DNA of 60,240 bases from Candidatus Hadarchaeales archaeon (GTDB lineage Archaea; Hadarchaeota; Hadarchaeia; Hadarchaeales; JAWBSP01). This document shows positions 58,932-60,240 of the stretch, one piece after another. The DNA lies in NCBI GenBank assembly GCA_038842485.1, contig JAWBSP010000003.1, forward strand, positions 1-60,240, given 5' to 3'. Position 1 is the stretch's first letter. The number at the start of each line of letters is the position of its first letter. A model generated the notes under the pieces. It searched no databases and was not told where the DNA came from. It worked only from the letters and a program-made list of their open reading frames with translations. A program made the translations under genes and the position numbers.

Positions 58932-59666
58932 ATGCAGCGTTACAGCAGGCAGGTGATCATTGAGGGTTTCGGGGAGAAATCCCAGAGGAAGCTTCAGAGG
59001 GCCAGGGTGCTCGTGGCGGGACTGGGGGGACTCGGGAGCGCCGCTTCCCTTTACCTTGCCGCTGCAGGGGTGGGACACCTTGTGCTGGTTGATGATGAGG
59101 AGGTTGAGGTAAGCAACCTCAACAGACAGGTGCTCCACTGGGCAAGGGATTTGAAGAAATCAAAGGCAGAATCCGCCGCCGAGAAACTCAGGCTGCTGAA
59201 CCCATCGATAGAGGTGGAAGCGAAAAAGGAGAAAGTGACCCCGGCGAACGCGGGAAAACTCATCGGCAACTGTGAGGCGGTAGTTGACGGGCTCGACAAT
59301 TATTCCACCAGGTACCTGCTGAACGAGCACTGCGTGCGGCTTGGCCGGCCCTTGGTTCACGGTGCGGTTGAGGGTTTCGTGGGGCAGGTTACCACCATTC
59401 TACCGGGGCGGGGGCCTTGCCTGAAGTGCATCATACCCCAGGAACCGGCCACCAAGAAAATCATCCCCGTGCTCGGGGCAACTTCTGGCGTAATCGGTTG
59501 CCTTCAGGCCATGGAAACCATCAAGCTTCTCACGGGGATAGGAAAACCGCTGGTGGGGAGGATGCTGATCTTTGACGGAAGAACCATGAGTTTTGAGGAA
59601 TTGGAGGTCAACCGCAACCCCTCCTGCCCCGTCTGTTCACCTCTCTGCAAAACCAGTGGAAAATAG
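58932..59666 (+). CDS. moeB: MoeB/ThiF E1-like adenylyltransferase
   Basis: RYSRQ, GLGGLG, SNLNRQ, DN, PCLKC, CPVC. Confidence 0.92.
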   Translation: MQRYSRQVIIEGFGEKSQRKLQRARVLVAGLGGLGSAASLYLAAAGVGHLVLVDDEEVEVSNLNRQVLHWARDLKKSKAESAAEKLRLLNPSIEVEAKKEKVTPANAGKLIGNCEAVVDGLDNYSTRYLLNEHCVRLGRPLVHGAVEGFVGQVTTILPGRGPCLKCIIPQEPATKKIIPVLGATSGVIGCLQAMETIKLLTGIGKPLVGRMLIFDGRTMSFEELEVNRNPSCPVCSPLCKTSGK

Positions 59667-59667
59667 A

Positions 59668-60240
59668 ATGGCAGACTTCAAGATACTGGTAGCGGTCTCG
59701 CATCCCGGCACCGAGTTCATGAAGAAGGCCCTTGGGGCGCGATTTGAGGTGGTGCAGAAATGCTTGGGAGAGGAGGAACTGGCGGAAGAAATGAAAAAGG
59801 ACTACGATGCCGTGGTCACCTCCCACTGGCTTCCCGTCACCAGAGAAATGCTCGAATCCGCCTCCCCCCAGCTGAAGGCGGTGGCGACCCTCAGCGTGGG
59901 GTTCGACCACATCGACCTGTTCGCTGAGGAGAGGGGGATAAAAATCGTGAATGCCGCCGCGGACAATCTGTGCGCCAGCGCCTACACCGTCGCCGAATTC
60001 ACCTGGGCGCTCCTCCTCAGCCTCCTGAGAAGGGTGGGATGGTACTCGGAGGCCGTGCGAACGGGAAGCCCCAGCTGGGAGGAGCTCACTAAGGGCACCG
60101 ACAGGTCGCTCTGGAGCAGGGAGCTGTTCAACCGGACCCTTTGCGTGATAGGGGTTGGGAGGATCGGCTCTCACGTCTGCAGGATAGGGAGGGGATTCGG
60201 GATGAGGGTGATCGGATACGACCCCTACGTGAGCAGGGAG
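59668..60240 (+). CDS. D-2-hydroxyacid dehydrogenase, runs off the window
   Basis: Not in ORF track. Manual translation: MADFKILV...SVGFDHID...TVAEF...IGVGRIG...GFGMRVIGYDPY. Confidence 0.9.
   Translation, partial: MADFKILVAVSHPGTEFMKKALGARFEVVQKCLGEEELAEEMKKDYDAVVTSHWLPVTREMLESASPQLKAVATLSVGFDHIDLFAEERGIKIVNAAADNLCASAYTVAEFTWALLLSLLRRVGWYSEAVRTGSPSWEELTKGTDRSLWSRELFNRTLCVIGVGRIGSHVCRIGRGFGMRVIGYDPYVSRE

Overview
Gene-dense archaeal chromosome segment. Evidence: TFB, Hel308, archaeal CCA enzyme, FBP aldolase/phosphatase, L40e/S26e, Sec61beta, BRE/TATA promoters, intron-containing tRNAs. A thermophilic, Hadarchaeota-like lineage is my inference, not a tested placement. Most of it is housekeeping and metabolism: purine, folate, NAD, thiamine and preQ0 genes, tRNA/rRNA modification, a tungsten AOR cluster, three tRNAs and RNase P RNA. 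Main unusual items: (1) a ~740-bp tract at 1484-2229 with 11 CACGTG-centred palindromes (best copies TTGCGCACGTGCGCAA), beside a VapBC module; two copies exactly bracket an unannotated ~75-aa Cas2/VapD-like gene, with no other cas genes; (2) an Smc-ScpA-ScpB operon whose 706-aa Smc has intact ATPase heads but no recognisable hinge; (3) a 504-aa LAGLIDADG intein in TFB; (4) a cca gene whose stop codon lies inside a CCA-less tRNA-Leu; (5) an adenylate kinase that apparently needs a CTG start; (6) a candidate structured RNA at 54346-54474. All protein calls come from motif recognition by eye; no searches were run.
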